Origin: an uncultured Flavobacterium sp.
GTDB lineage: Bacteria > Bacteroidota > Bacteroidia > Flavobacteriales > Flavobacteriaceae
Assembly (NCBI GenBank): GCA_947632215.1
Contig: CANROJ010000001.1
Span: 4,406 to 68,405, forward strand
Direction of reading: 5' to 3'
DNA length: 64,000 nt
The notes beneath the pieces were generated by a model. It saw only the letters and a list, made by a program, of their open reading frames with translations. It did no database searches and was not told the origin of the DNA. How positions within the stretch are numbered: position 1 is the first letter of the stretch; the number at the start of each line of letters is the position of its first letter. A program made the translations under genes and the position numbers. Below, in pieces: positions 10,537 to 20,531 of the stretch.

Positions 10537-10881
10537 ATGCTTAAAACCTTTAGTCACAAGGAAATTGAATCTGGTAGAACTACAGCCATTGTAGCTCATT
10601 TAACAATTATTGGATGTATTATTGCTATATTTATGAACCTGGACCCTAAAAACAAATATTCTGGATTTTATATCAAGCAAGCTTTCGGTCTACACCTTGT
10701 CTTCTTTTTATTTTCCTATACTATTGGAAATGTAAATTCTTGGATGGTGACTATACCGTTTTGGCTTTGCTTTTTTATTATGTGGGTATATAGTTTTATT
10801 GGAGCAATCAGTGGAGAAATTAATGTAGTACCTAAAATAGGTCTATACTTTCAAAAATGGTTTGATAAATTATCTGCTTAA
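10537..10881 (+). CDS. DUF4870-like three-TM membrane protein
   Basis: AHLTIIGCIIAIFMN, KQAFGL, VPKIG pattern; start moved to ATG 10537. Confidence 0.6.
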   Translation: MLKTFSHKEIESGRTTAIVAHLTIIGCIIAIFMNLDPKNKYSGFYIKQAFGLHLVFFLFSYTIGNVNSWMVTIPFWLCFFIMWVYSFIGAISGEINVVPKIGLYFQKWFDKLSA

Positions 10882-10890
10882 ATTTTTATT

Positions 10891-11547
10891 ATGGAAACAT
10901 CTTTATGCCTTCCTTACTTACTACAAGAACCAGAGGTAATCAAGGATCAGAATCCTTTGATAATACTCTTACATGGATACGGTAGTAACGAACAGGATTT
11001 ATTTTCTTTTGCAAGTGAATTGCCAAAAGACTATTTTATTGTATCAGCACGTGCACCTCACGAGTTAGAACCCTATGGTCATGCTTGGTATGCAATTCAT
11101 TTTGATCAAGACGCCAATAAATTCTCTGATGACAAACAAGCAATTGAATCAAGAATTTTAATTGCCAAATTTATCGATGAGCTTTGTATCAAGTATCCTA
11201 TTGACCCCACTAAAGTAAACTTAGTTGGTTTTAGTCAGGGAGCTATTTTATCCTATGCTGTGGGTTTAACTTATCCTAAAAAAGTACATAATATAGTTGC
11301 TTTAAGCGGTTATTTCAACCCTAATTTACTTCCACAGGGATATGAAAATAATGATTTTTCTAAACTAAGAGTCTTTGCTTCTCATGGTAGCGTAGATCAG
11401 GTTATTCCCGTAGAATGGGCTCAAAAAACTCCTGTTATTTTGAAAAAGCTCAATATTTTCCATCAATATAAAGAATACCCTGTAGGCCATGGAGTACACC
11501 CTTTAAACTTTCACGATTTTAAAGAGTTTTTAATTCAAAATAAATAA
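10891..11547 (+). CDS. Phospholipase/carboxylesterase (alpha/beta hydrolase)
   Basis: LHGYGSNE, GFSQG nucleophile, HGSVDQVI, GHGV. Confidence 0.88.
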   Translation: METSLCLPYLLQEPEVIKDQNPLIILLHGYGSNEQDLFSFASELPKDYFIVSARAPHELEPYGHAWYAIHFDQDANKFSDDKQAIESRILIAKFIDELCIKYPIDPTKVNLVGFSQGAILSYAVGLTYPKKVHNIVALSGYFNPNLLPQGYENNDFSKLRVFASHGSVDQVIPVEWAQKTPVILKKLNIFHQYKEYPVGHGVHPLNFHDFKEFLIQNK

Positions 11548-11689
11548 TTCTATTACTTTAAAGACAATAGAAGAACAATTAAAACAAACATAGAAGAATT
11601 GTAATTACTTATTACATTTTTCAAGCTAAACTGATCTACGTAAAACGCACTCTAAGTAGAGTATTGTTTGTTTTTAGAAAGTATTAAAT

Positions 11690-11732
11690 AAAAAAATCAC
11701 AACACATTAAAATAATATGTTGTGATTTTTTT
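11690..11732. terminator. Bidirectional intrinsic terminator
   Basis: aaaaaaatcacaaca...tgttgtgattttttt between convergent genes. Confidence 0.75.
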
Positions 11733-11790
11733 TTATTTTACTATTGTTATTATTTCTCCTTAAAAAAAGATAATCAAATAATCTTAGAAC

Positions 11791-12297
11791 TTATTCTTGT
11801 TCCGATTCTGATACATATATTGGTAGTTCCACTGTTCTTGCAGCTGTAAAAACAGCAGCCCCATCATGGAATAAGACCATGGTGGGCTCTTTTTCAAAAC
11901 TCCACTTATCCCAACTATACTTATTTAAATGATCCTGATTTAAAACTATCCCTTGTCTTTTATTAGGTAAGAAAATCTCCACTTTGCTTTTATCCTGACT
12001 AAAGACAACAAAGCAGCTAATGCCATTAAGTTCAATATCATTTTCTTCCCAAAGCTGTTCTTGGGTATTATCTGCAACAGGATTTAAACGAAATCCTACT
12101 TCAAAAGGACGAATACAATTTTGATAAAGTTCGCTATAAACATATCCCGGTTCACCAAAACAATCCTTAGGATCTCCCATAGGGTCCATATTTTGATTAT
12201 CCGAAGTTTGTCTGGAACTATCGTCTTCTTTTAAAATTAAATTACACGAAAATAGACTTAAAGCAATAAGGGGTAAAAAACATATTATTTTTCTCAT
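11791..12297 (-). CDS. Hypothetical lipoprotein
   Basis: MRKIICFLPLIALSLFSC lipoprotein signal; C....GY.YS.L...CIRPFE motif; start taken at the second Met. Confidence 0.6.
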   Translation of the reverse strand: MRKIICFLPLIALSLFSCNLILKEDDSSRQTSDNQNMDPMGDPKDCFGEPGYVYSELYQNCIRPFEVGFRLNPVADNTQEQLWEENDIELNGISCFVVFSQDKSKVEIFLPNKRQGIVLNQDHLNKYSWDKWSFEKEPTMVLFHDGAAVFTAARTVELPIYVSESEQE

Positions 12298-12326
12298 ATA
12301 ATATCGCATTTAAAAAAAAGCAACCT

Positions 12327-12821
12327 CTACTTCTGGGTATACAATACGCTTTGGATTGTGTTAAACTCAGTGGGTTTTCCCTTTTGGAAATAATACTGGA
12401 TTAAAACTTCACCTTTTTGATTACCTGCATAAAAATCGGCAATAATCCAACGATGGTTTAAAAAGTGCACCTTATTAATAATGCATTTATTTCCATCAAT
12501 CTTATCATAAGGCACTAGAGCATTACCCTGTTCTTTATGGTTTAAAGCTAAAACCTCTTGTTCGACTTGATCTAAATCTTGGTCAATTGTCTTATAATTA
12601 AAATCCTCTTGGGCCTGGGCATTATTACTCAAGGCAAAGTAATTAACTAAACTTAACTCTTCTTGGACCAAATGCAATGAATCTCTAATTATTTCTATTC
12701 GCTTTTGCGCGATATCAATCCTTTTATCTGCACTTTCTCTCATATTATTATTGCTAGCAAATAGCAACACTACAATTAAGATGGAGAACATAAAAAGATA
12801 AAAAAACACCTTACTTTTCAT
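12327..12821 (-). CDS. Conserved hypothetical membrane-anchored protein
   Basis: N-terminal TM helix, coiled coil, INKVHFLNHRWIIADF motif. Confidence 0.6.
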   Translation of the reverse strand: MKSKVFFYLFMFSILIVVLLFASNNNMRESADKRIDIAQKRIEIIRDSLHLVQEELSLVNYFALSNNAQAQEDFNYKTIDQDLDQVEQEVLALNHKEQGNALVPYDKIDGNKCIINKVHFLNHRWIIADFYAGNQKGEVLIQYYFQKGKPTEFNTIQSVLYTQK

Positions 12822-12828
12822 AGTTAAC

Positions 12829-13593
12829 TTATAGGTTTATTTTTAAATTATCATAGGCCAAATATACATCTTTCGGTAGACTTTCTTGCACTTTGTCATG
12901 AAAACCTAAATCTTGTGAAATATGAGTAAGATAAGCCTGTTGTGGATTCACTTTTTGTATAAAATCAAGGGCTTGATCTAAAGTGAAATGGGTAGGATGC
13001 TCTTTGATTCGCAAAGCACTAACCACTAACACCTTACATCCTTTAATTTTATCTATGCATTTTTGATCTACATATTTAGCATCGGTTATATAGACTAAAT
13101 CTTGTAAAATAAATCCCAGAATATCTAAATCACCATGTAAAATAGGAACAGCTGTAATGCTTTTGTCTCCAACTTTAAATTCCTGATAATCTTCCAAGGC
13201 ATAACACTCCACCTGTGGAGCCCCAGGATATCTATTGTGTTTTGTAAAGATATACTCGTAGCGTTTCTCTAATGCTTGCAATACCCTTGGATAGCCGTAC
13301 AATGGCATTGGTCCATGCAAATAACACAAGGTGCGAATCTCATCTAACCCAGCAACGTGATCTGCATGCTCATGGGTAAATAAAATTGCATCTATTTTAC
13401 TACAATTAGCTTGTAGTATTTGTTGACGAAAATCAGGCCCACAATCAATCAAAATAGTTGTGTCTTCCCAGTGAATTAACACAGAACTACGAAGACGCTT
13501 ATCCTTTTGATTATCGCTTTGCCCCACTGGGTGATCTATTCCAATAACAGGTATTCCAGTAGAGGTACCTGTTCCTAAAAAATGTACTTCCAA
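12829..13593 (-). CDS. MBL-fold metallo-hydrolase (PhnP/YycJ-like)
   Basis: FLGTGTSTGIP, IDCGPDFRQQ, THEHADH, THISQ, LAYDNL. Confidence 0.9.
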   Translation of the reverse strand: MEVHFLGTGTSTGIPVIGIDHPVGQSDNQKDKRLRSSVLIHWEDTTILIDCGPDFRQQILQANCSKIDAILFTHEHADHVAGLDEIRTLCYLHGPMPLYGYPRVLQALEKRYEYIFTKHNRYPGAPQVECYALEDYQEFKVGDKSITAVPILHGDLDILGFILQDLVYITDAKYVDQKCIDKIKGCKVLVVSALRIKEHPTHFTLDQALDFIQKVNPQQAYLTHISQDLGFHDKVQESLPKDVYLAYDNLKINL

Positions 13594-13674
13594 TTACTTT
13601 ATTTTTTACAAAAATAAGCTTTATCTTTTTTTGTTGTACTATATTTACCTAGGTTTGTTTAAAAAGCTTACAGT

Positions 13675-15132
13675 ATGGAAATATTCAAAGAAGATTTAGT
13701 ATTACAAGGGGACAGAAATATAGAGCACCAACCTGCCATTCAGGACAAAGCCTTAAGGGTTAATTTAAATAGCAATATTTATGGGACTTTTGCTGAAATT
13801 GGTGCAGGTCAAGAAACCGTTAGACATTTTTTCCGTGCCGGTGGTTCATCTAAAACAGTAGCAAAAGCTATAAGCGCTTATGATAAGGTATTTAGCGATG
13901 CTATTTATTCGGTAGAGGAAGATGGCCGTTATGTTACCGAGAGCCGCTTGGAAAAGATGCTTAGCTATGAAAGTGATAAACTAGAAAAAAGATTGGTAAG
14001 ACAAAGTAATCCAAACAAAGCTTTTTTTTCTTATGCCAATACAGTGGCCACCATTGACTATGCTAAAAAGCACAAAGGACATGGTTGGGTTGGAATTATG
14101 TTTCAAAGCAGTGCCAATGAACCTTATAGCAAAATTACCTTACATATTCAGTTCAAAGAAACTGATTCTAAGTTGCAGCAAGAAACTCTAGGTATACTAG
14201 GGGTTAATTTAATCTATGGTGCATTTTACCAACATCATGATCCAAAAAAATTAATCCATAGTTTATATGACCACCTAGATAAAGATCAAATCGAGATAGA
14301 TAGTATTAACTTTTGCGGTCCTTTATTTGCAAAGGTTGACAACCGATTAATGAGTTTATTTCTGGTGAAAAACGGAATGACAGACGCAGTTATGTTCGGC
14401 CCTGATGGGGTTAGTCAATTACCTGCAAATGTATTGTTTAGAAAAAACATCTTAGCTCTTAGAGGAAGCTTTCGCCCGGTAACAATTGTCAATATGCATA
14501 TGTATACTAGTGCATTAGACAAATTTAAAAAGCAAAACAATCTGCAAGACCACCAGACTGCTGTTATATTTGAGATCACACTTTCCAATTTACTTATGCA
14601 AGGAGATATTGATGAAACAGACTTCTTACACCGAGCTGACTTACTTTGCTCTTTGGGCCAAACAGTGATGATATCTAACTTTCAAGAGTATTATAAATTA
14701 ACCCAATACTTTGGACAATACACCGATCAGAGAATAGCTTTATCGATGGGAGTCAGTGGTATTTTAAATATTTTTGATCAAAAATACTACACTAACTTAA
14801 GTGGTAATCTTTTAGAGGCGCTGGGAAAATTATTTAGAAATGAAATGAAAATTTACCTTTACCCTACCTTGGATCAAGATGGACAGATAATAGACTCCAC
14901 TAATCTAAAGGTAGATATACGTGTAAAAGAGTTATATAAATATTTCAAAAAGAATCAGCAAATTATTGATATCCAAAATTATGACTTAGACACTTTAGAT
15001 GTTAACGCCAGAGATATCTTAAAACAGCTACAAGAAAACAAAGATGGATGGGAATCAAAACTACCCATCGGTATTGCACAAATGATAAAAGAAAATGGCC
15101 TTTTTGACTACAAGGGACAATCTTTAGAATAA
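13675..15132 (+). CDS. Conserved Bacteroidetes cytoplasmic protein with a nucleotidyltransferase-like C-terminal half; function unknown
   Basis: No signal peptide or beta-barrel; RGSFRPVT resembles a degenerate HIGH-superfamily start; EIGAGQE and AYD in the N-terminal half. Confidence 0.55.
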   Translation: MEIFKEDLVLQGDRNIEHQPAIQDKALRVNLNSNIYGTFAEIGAGQETVRHFFRAGGSSKTVAKAISAYDKVFSDAIYSVEEDGRYVTESRLEKMLSYESDKLEKRLVRQSNPNKAFFSYANTVATIDYAKKHKGHGWVGIMFQSSANEPYSKITLHIQFKETDSKLQQETLGILGVNLIYGAFYQHHDPKKLIHSLYDHLDKDQIEIDSINFCGPLFAKVDNRLMSLFLVKNGMTDAVMFGPDGVSQLPANVLFRKNILALRGSFRPVTIVNMHMYTSALDKFKKQNNLQDHQTAVIFEITLSNLLMQGDIDETDFLHRADLLCSLGQTVMISNFQEYYKLTQYFGQYTDQRIALSMGVSGILNIFDQKYYTNLSGNLLEALGKLFRNEMKIYLYPTLDQDGQIIDSTNLKVDIRVKELYKYFKKNQQIIDIQNYDLDTLDVNARDILKQLQENKDGWESKLPIGIAQMIKENGLFDYKGQSLE

Positions 15133-15137
15133 ATTAT

Positions 15138-15173
15138 AAAACCGCTATATGTAATTTCTATAGCGGTTTTTTT
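15138..15173 (+). terminator. Rho-independent terminator
   Basis: aaaaccgctata-loop-tatagcggtttt plus T run. Confidence 0.85.
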
Positions 15174-15307
15174 ATCTTAATTATCTTGAATCCTTGTAAT
15201 TTTAAAAGTATAACCTACTTTAGGACTACTTGCTTTTAAAGGCATTAAATACTTCCTATATTTGCTTAAATAGTAGTACTTTTGCACTTATTTTCCCTTT
15301 TTATCCA

Positions 15308-17479
15308 ATGGCAACTATAAATATAAAAACATTACAAGACTTAGAATTTGAAACCGTACTACAGAGCGTTTCCAACTTTTGTACAACAGAACAAGGAAAA
15401 GAGCAGGCTTTGCTTATTGGTCCATTTTCAAGTGAACAAGAAACCTTAATATCCTTAAGACAGACCTCCGAATACGTATCTTCTTTTACAAACAACAATA
15501 TTATTCCCAATCATTATTTTGACAATATTGATTATGAACTTAAATTTCTAAAAATTGAAGATAGTTTTTTAGAGGCTAGTAGTTTTAAAAAAATATATTC
15601 TTTATGCGAGACCTGCATTGCTTTGTTGGAATACCTAAAGAAATTTGAGTCCTACTACCCAAATATATACCACGATGCCAAACAAATCACTTTAGAGAAA
15701 CAACTTTTAAAGTCCATTGATCAAATTATCGATAAATATGGAGAAATAAAAGACAATGCTTCAGTAGATCTTTTATCCATTAGAAGAAACATAAATATTG
15801 TTAGAGGTAAAATCAATCAAAGTTTTGGTTTTGCACTCACCCAATATAACAATGCTGGATACTTAGACGATATTAGAGAAACCGTTGTGGAAAACAGACG
15901 TGTCTTAGCTGTGAGTGCTATGCACAGAAGAAAAGTAAAAGGAAGTGTTTTAGGACAAAGTAAAACCGGAAGCATCATCTATATAGAACCTGAAGTAACC
16001 CTTCAGTTCTCTAGAGAACTCAATAATTTAGAATACGAGCAAAGAGAAGAAATTGTGCGTATTTTAAAAAATCTTACCAATATAATACGCAACTATACTC
16101 CAGTTTTAAAACAGTATAGAGATTTTCTAGTACATATTGATATTACCAGTGGTAAGGCTAAGTATGCTAATAAAATCAATGCTCTTCTACCCAATATTAC
16201 CAAGGAAAGAGAGCTGTATTTCAAAGAAGCCTTCCACCCTATTTTATTGTTAAATAACAAAGCCAAAAGAAAACCAACCTTTGCTCAAACTATTAAACTA
16301 GATGAACAAGGTAGAATTATTGTTATCTCTGGTCCCAATGCTGGTGGAAAGAGTATTACTTTAAAAACTATTGGTCTATTACAATTAATGCTACAATGTG
16401 GATTACTTATTCCGGTAGATCAAAGAAGCTCTACCTTTTTATTTGATCGTATCTTAACGGATATTGGAGATAATCAAAGTATAGAAAACCATCTAAGTAC
16501 CTATAGTTATCGATTAAAAAACATGCAATACTTTTTAAAAAAATGTAATGAAAATACATTATTTTTAATCGATGAATTTGGAACAGGTTCAGATCCGGAA
16601 TTAGGAGGAGCATTAGCCGAGGTGTTTTTAGAGGAATTTTACCAAAGAAAAGCTTTTGGTATTATTACCACTCACTACACTAATCTTAAAATTCTAGCCG
16701 ACGAACTTCCCAATGCCACTAATGCCAATATGCTTTTTGATGAAAAAACATTGGAACCATTATATAAGTTAAATGTTGGTCAAGCAGGTAGTTCGTTCAC
16801 CTTTGAAGTAGCCCAGAAAAACGGCATACCTTTTAGCTTAATTAACAGAGCTAAGAAAAAAGTAGAATCGGACAAAGTACGCTTTGATAAAACTATTGCC
16901 AACTTGCAAAAAGAACGCCACAAACTAGAAAGAACTTCTAACAATTTAAAAGAAGAGGAATCTAAAGCTAGAGAGGAAAGTCTTAAAATGCAAGACATTA
17001 ACGCTAAAATACAAGATAAACTCTATCGTTATCAAGAACTCTTTGACTCTAATCAAAAGTTAGTTTATTTAGGTCAAAAACTAGAGGATTTATCTGTTAA
17101 ATACTTTAATAATAAAAGTAAGAAAACTCTTTTTGGAGAAGTTTTAAAGGTTGTAGAAATCGAAAATTCTAAGCGAAAACAGCAGACCGTAAAACAACAA
17201 AAAGCTAAAGAGGTAGAACAAAAAGTAATCCTAGCTGAGGTAGAGAAAAAAATAGAAAAAATCAGAGAAGATAAAAAGCAAGAAAAAATAAAGAAGAATC
17301 AACAAGATCAAAACAAACCTAAGATACCTCTAAAGGTTGGAGACAGAGTTCGAATGATAGAAGGAAGAGCTGTTGGTAGTATTGATAGTATTGAAAAGAA
17401 TAAAGCTACGGTGAACTATGGAATGTTTACCTCTAAGGTATCCTTGGATCAACTAGAACTAGTACAGAGAATGAAATAG
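15308..17479 (+). CDS. mutS2: MutS2-family ATPase ending in a KOW/SH3-like domain, with no Smr domain
   Basis: TLQDLEF N-terminus, GPNAGGKS, IGDNQSIENHLSTYS, LIDEFGTGSDP, coiled coil, KVGDRVR; promoter TACTTTTG at 15277-15284 supports ATG 15308. Confidence 0.88.
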   Translation: MATINIKTLQDLEFETVLQSVSNFCTTEQGKEQALLIGPFSSEQETLISLRQTSEYVSSFTNNNIIPNHYFDNIDYELKFLKIEDSFLEASSFKKIYSLCETCIALLEYLKKFESYYPNIYHDAKQITLEKQLLKSIDQIIDKYGEIKDNASVDLLSIRRNINIVRGKINQSFGFALTQYNNAGYLDDIRETVVENRRVLAVSAMHRRKVKGSVLGQSKTGSIIYIEPEVTLQFSRELNNLEYEQREEIVRILKNLTNIIRNYTPVLKQYRDFLVHIDITSGKAKYANKINALLPNITKERELYFKEAFHPILLLNNKAKRKPTFAQTIKLDEQGRIIVISGPNAGGKSITLKTIGLLQLMLQCGLLIPVDQRSSTFLFDRILTDIGDNQSIENHLSTYSYRLKNMQYFLKKCNENTLFLIDEFGTGSDPELGGALAEVFLEEFYQRKAFGIITTHYTNLKILADELPNATNANMLFDEKTLEPLYKLNVGQAGSSFTFEVAQKNGIPFSLINRAKKKVESDKVRFDKTIANLQKERHKLERTSNNLKEEESKAREESLKMQDINAKIQDKLYRYQELFDSNQKLVYLGQKLEDLSVKYFNNKSKKTLFGEVLKVVEIENSKRKQQTVKQQKAKEVEQKVILAEVEKKIEKIREDKKQEKIKKNQQDQNKPKIPLKVGDRVRMIEGRAVGSIDSIEKNKATVNYGMFTSKVSLDQLELVQRMK

Positions 17480-17481
17480 AT

Positions 17482-17892
17482 ATGGAATTACCAAAAGACA
17501 AAAAAATAATTCTCTTCGATGGTGTATGTAACCTATGTGATACTGTGGTACAGCGCATCATAAAGGCCGATAAAAATGATCAATTTCGATTTATGTGGCT
17601 TGGGGCTGATAATGCAAAACACTTATTAGACCTTGTTGGGATAGATCCTTTAAAAACCGACAGTATTGTTTTATTTGAACCTGGTAAAAAACATTATATA
17701 GAATCCCAGGCAGTCCTTAGAATTGCTTATCACTTAAGTGGCCCCTACAAATTACTAGGAGTTTTTAAAATCCTACCTAAATCTATAGCCGATAGACTAT
17801 ACCGATTTATTGCAAGGAACCGCTATGGTGTTTTTGGCAAAAAACAAGCTTGCTTATTACCCGAGAAAAATATACTAAACAAATTCCTGTAA
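17482..17892 (+). CDS. DCC1-like thiol-disulfide oxidoreductase
   Basis: FDGVCNLC (DxxCxxC) and ARNRY..FG...C motifs. Confidence 0.9.
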   Translation: MELPKDKKIILFDGVCNLCDTVVQRIIKADKNDQFRFMWLGADNAKHLLDLVGIDPLKTDSIVLFEPGKKHYIESQAVLRIAYHLSGPYKLLGVFKILPKSIADRLYRFIARNRYGVFGKKQACLLPEKNILNKFL

Positions 17893-17964
17893 GTTTTTAA
17901 CCTATAAGAAGATAAATTACATATAAATAATCGCTTTTTATTTCCCTTAAACTATCGCAATGCT

Positions 17965-17972
17965 TATATTTG
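17965..17972 (+). promoter_or_regulatory. -7 promoter element of pheT (TATATTTG)
   Basis: Matches TAnnTTTG, 22 nt before the ATG. Confidence 0.6.
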
Positions 17973-17994
17973 CGTACTCAAAAAAATTATTCGA

Positions 17995-20430
17995 ATGCAT
18001 ATTTCATACAATTGGTTAAAACAATTCATTAAATTAGACATCACACCAGAAGAAACTTCAGAAATACTAACAGACTTAGGTCTTGAAGTTGAAGGAATTA
18101 CTCATTACGAGAGCTTAAAAGGTGGTTTAAGAGGAGTTGTTGTAGGACACGTATTGTCATGTACTAAACACCCTAACGCTGATAAATTAAATGTTACTAA
18201 AGTTGATTTAGGTACAGGCGAGCCAGTACAAATAGTTTGTGGTGCTCCAAATGTTGCTCAAGGACAAAAAGTACCTGTTGCAACCATTGGTACAGAACTA
18301 TTTGATCAAGATGGTAACGCATTTCAAATTAAGAAAGGTAAAATACGCTCAGAAGAAAGCTTTGGAATGATTTGCTCTGAAGTAGAACTTGGAATTGGAA
18401 CAGATGGTTCGGGTATTTTGGTTTTAGACCAAGACTTAGCTCCTGGTACTCCAATGGCTGAAGTATTTAATATTGTAACAGATCAAGTATTCGAAATTGG
18501 GCTAACACCAAATAGATCTGACGCAATGAGCCACTGGGGAGTTGCTCGTGATTTACGTGCTGGTCTTTTACAAAACTCCAATAACGAAATACAACATAAA
18601 GAATTAATTACTCCTTCGGTAAGTAAATTCAAAGTAGAACAACGTACCTTAAAAATTGATGTAAGTGTACAGGACTATAAAATGGCTCCTCGTTACTGTG
18701 GGGTTACTATCTCTGGAATTGAAGTAAAACCTTCTCCGGATTGGTTACAAAATAGATTAAAAGCAATAGGAATAACTCCTAAAAACAATATTGTTGACGT
18801 TACAAATTATGTTCTTCATGATTTAGGTCAACCTTTACACGCTTTCGATGCAGCAAAAATAAAAGGTGGAAAAATCCAAGTTAAAACGGTAGAACAAGCT
18901 ACAAAATTTATCACTTTAGATGGTGTAGAACGCACACTAGATCAAAATGACTTAATGATTTGTGATGAAAACGGACCGATGTGTATGGCTGGAGTCTTTG
19001 GAGGACTAAAATCTGCTGTATCTGAAAACACTACCTCAATTTTCTTAGAAAGTGCTTATTTTGATCCAGTAGTTGTTAGAAAAACTGCTAAAAGACATGG
19101 ATTAAATACAGATTCATCTTTCCGTTTTGAAAGAGGAATTGATCCTTCTATCACAGAATACGCTCTAAAACACGCTGCATTACTTATTCAAAGAGTAGCA
19201 GGTGGAGAAATAACTTCAGATATCATTGATCTTTACCCTAAAAAGATTGAAGACCATTCTGTGTTTTTAAATTTTGATAATATAAATAGAATCTTAGGAG
19301 AAGAAATCCCTAAAGAAACTATTAAGAAAATATTAGTTACTCTAGATATTAAAGTTCACTCTATGAGCGATGTAGGATTAGGTATCACAGTACCTGCTTA
19401 TAGAACTGATGTAACTAGAGAAATTGATGTTATTGAAGAAATACTTCGCGTATATGGATTCAATAACATTAAAATATCTTCTAAGTTAAATGCTACTATT
19501 TCTAATAGCTCTAGAACAGAAGATCACAAAGTACAAAATATTGTTTCAAATTTACTTGTAGCTCAAGGATTCCATGAAATCATGAATAATTCATTGACTA
19601 CCCCTACTTACAGCGAACTAAGCGAATCAATAAACTCTTCTTTTCAAGTAGATATTCTAAATCCGCTAAGTTCAGATTTAAGTGTAATGAGACAGACCCT
19701 TCTTTTTGGAGGTTTAGAATCTATTTCTTACAATATCAACCGCAAAAGATCAGATCTTAAGTTATTCGAATTTGGTAAGACCTACCAAAAGAAATTAACT
19801 TCTTACGAAGAGCATAAAAAATTCTCTTTGTTTGCCACAGGTAACAATGTTAAGCCTTCATGGAATACTAAGGTTAAAGCGGTAGATTTCTTTGACTTTA
19901 AAGGACACATTAACGCTTTATTAGCACGCCTAGGACTAAATAAAGTTCAAACAGCTCCAGTACAAAACGATATCTTCTCAGAAGGAATTAGTTATGTTTT
20001 AGGAAAAGATACCCTTGTTGAATTCGGTATCTTGAAAAAGAGCATTACAAAGGCTTTTGATATTAAGCAAGACGTTTTCTATGCTGATTTTGAATGGGAA
20101 AATATTATGAAAGTACTTAGCAATAAGATTAAGTTCACAGATATTACCAAATACCCTTCAGTTAAGAGAGATTACGCTCTTTTGATAGACGAAGTAGTTA
20201 CTTTTGAACAAATCCACACTCTAGTAAAACAAGTAGATAAAAACATCATTAAAGACGTTACACTATTTGACTTTTACCAAGGAGACAAAATTGAACAAGG
20301 TAAAAAATCTTACGCTATTTCAATTCTAATGCAGGATGCATTAAAGACACTTACAGATAGCCAAGTAGAAAAAATAATGGGTAAAATTAAACACCAATTA
20401 GAAAACAATCTTGGTGCTCAATTAAGATAA
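17995..20430 (+). CDS. pheT: Phenylalanine-tRNA ligase beta subunit
   Basis: HPNADKL, VCGAPNV, TPNRSD, RFERGID, EEILRVYG, C-terminal anticodon-binding domain. Confidence 0.97.
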   Translation: MHISYNWLKQFIKLDITPEETSEILTDLGLEVEGITHYESLKGGLRGVVVGHVLSCTKHPNADKLNVTKVDLGTGEPVQIVCGAPNVAQGQKVPVATIGTELFDQDGNAFQIKKGKIRSEESFGMICSEVELGIGTDGSGILVLDQDLAPGTPMAEVFNIVTDQVFEIGLTPNRSDAMSHWGVARDLRAGLLQNSNNEIQHKELITPSVSKFKVEQRTLKIDVSVQDYKMAPRYCGVTISGIEVKPSPDWLQNRLKAIGITPKNNIVDVTNYVLHDLGQPLHAFDAAKIKGGKIQVKTVEQATKFITLDGVERTLDQNDLMICDENGPMCMAGVFGGLKSAVSENTTSIFLESAYFDPVVVRKTAKRHGLNTDSSFRFERGIDPSITEYALKHAALLIQRVAGGEITSDIIDLYPKKIEDHSVFLNFDNINRILGEEIPKETIKKILVTLDIKVHSMSDVGLGITVPAYRTDVTREIDVIEEILRVYGFNNIKISSKLNATISNSSRTEDHKVQNIVSNLLVAQGFHEIMNNSLTTPTYSELSESINSSFQVDILNPLSSDLSVMRQTLLFGGLESISYNINRKRSDLKLFEFGKTYQKKLTSYEEHKKFSLFATGNNVKPSWNTKVKAVDFFDFKGHINALLARLGLNKVQTAPVQNDIFSEGISYVLGKDTLVEFGILKKSITKAFDIKQDVFYADFEWENIMKVLSNKIKFTDITKYPSVKRDYALLIDEVVTFEQIHTLVKQVDKNIIKDVTLFDFYQGDKIEQGKKSYAISILMQDALKTLTDSQVEKIMGKIKHQLENNLGAQLR

Positions 20431-20435
20431 CAATA

Positions 20436-20467
20436 AAAAGGGAGATTCATTTTTGAATCTCCCTTTT
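20436..20467. terminator. Bidirectional intrinsic terminator after pheT
   Basis: aaaagggagattca-tttt-tgaatctccctttt perfect 14-bp stem. Confidence 0.88.
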
Positions 20468-20531
20468 ACTTTTTAAGTAGTGTGATATTTTCACGCCTGA
20501 TATCTTAGGTTATTTTCATCATTGGAAGTAG

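Noticed and set aside
13675-15132. Possible TonB-dependent receptor label that I recall for this family
   Set aside because: No signal peptide, plug or beta-barrel features in the sequence
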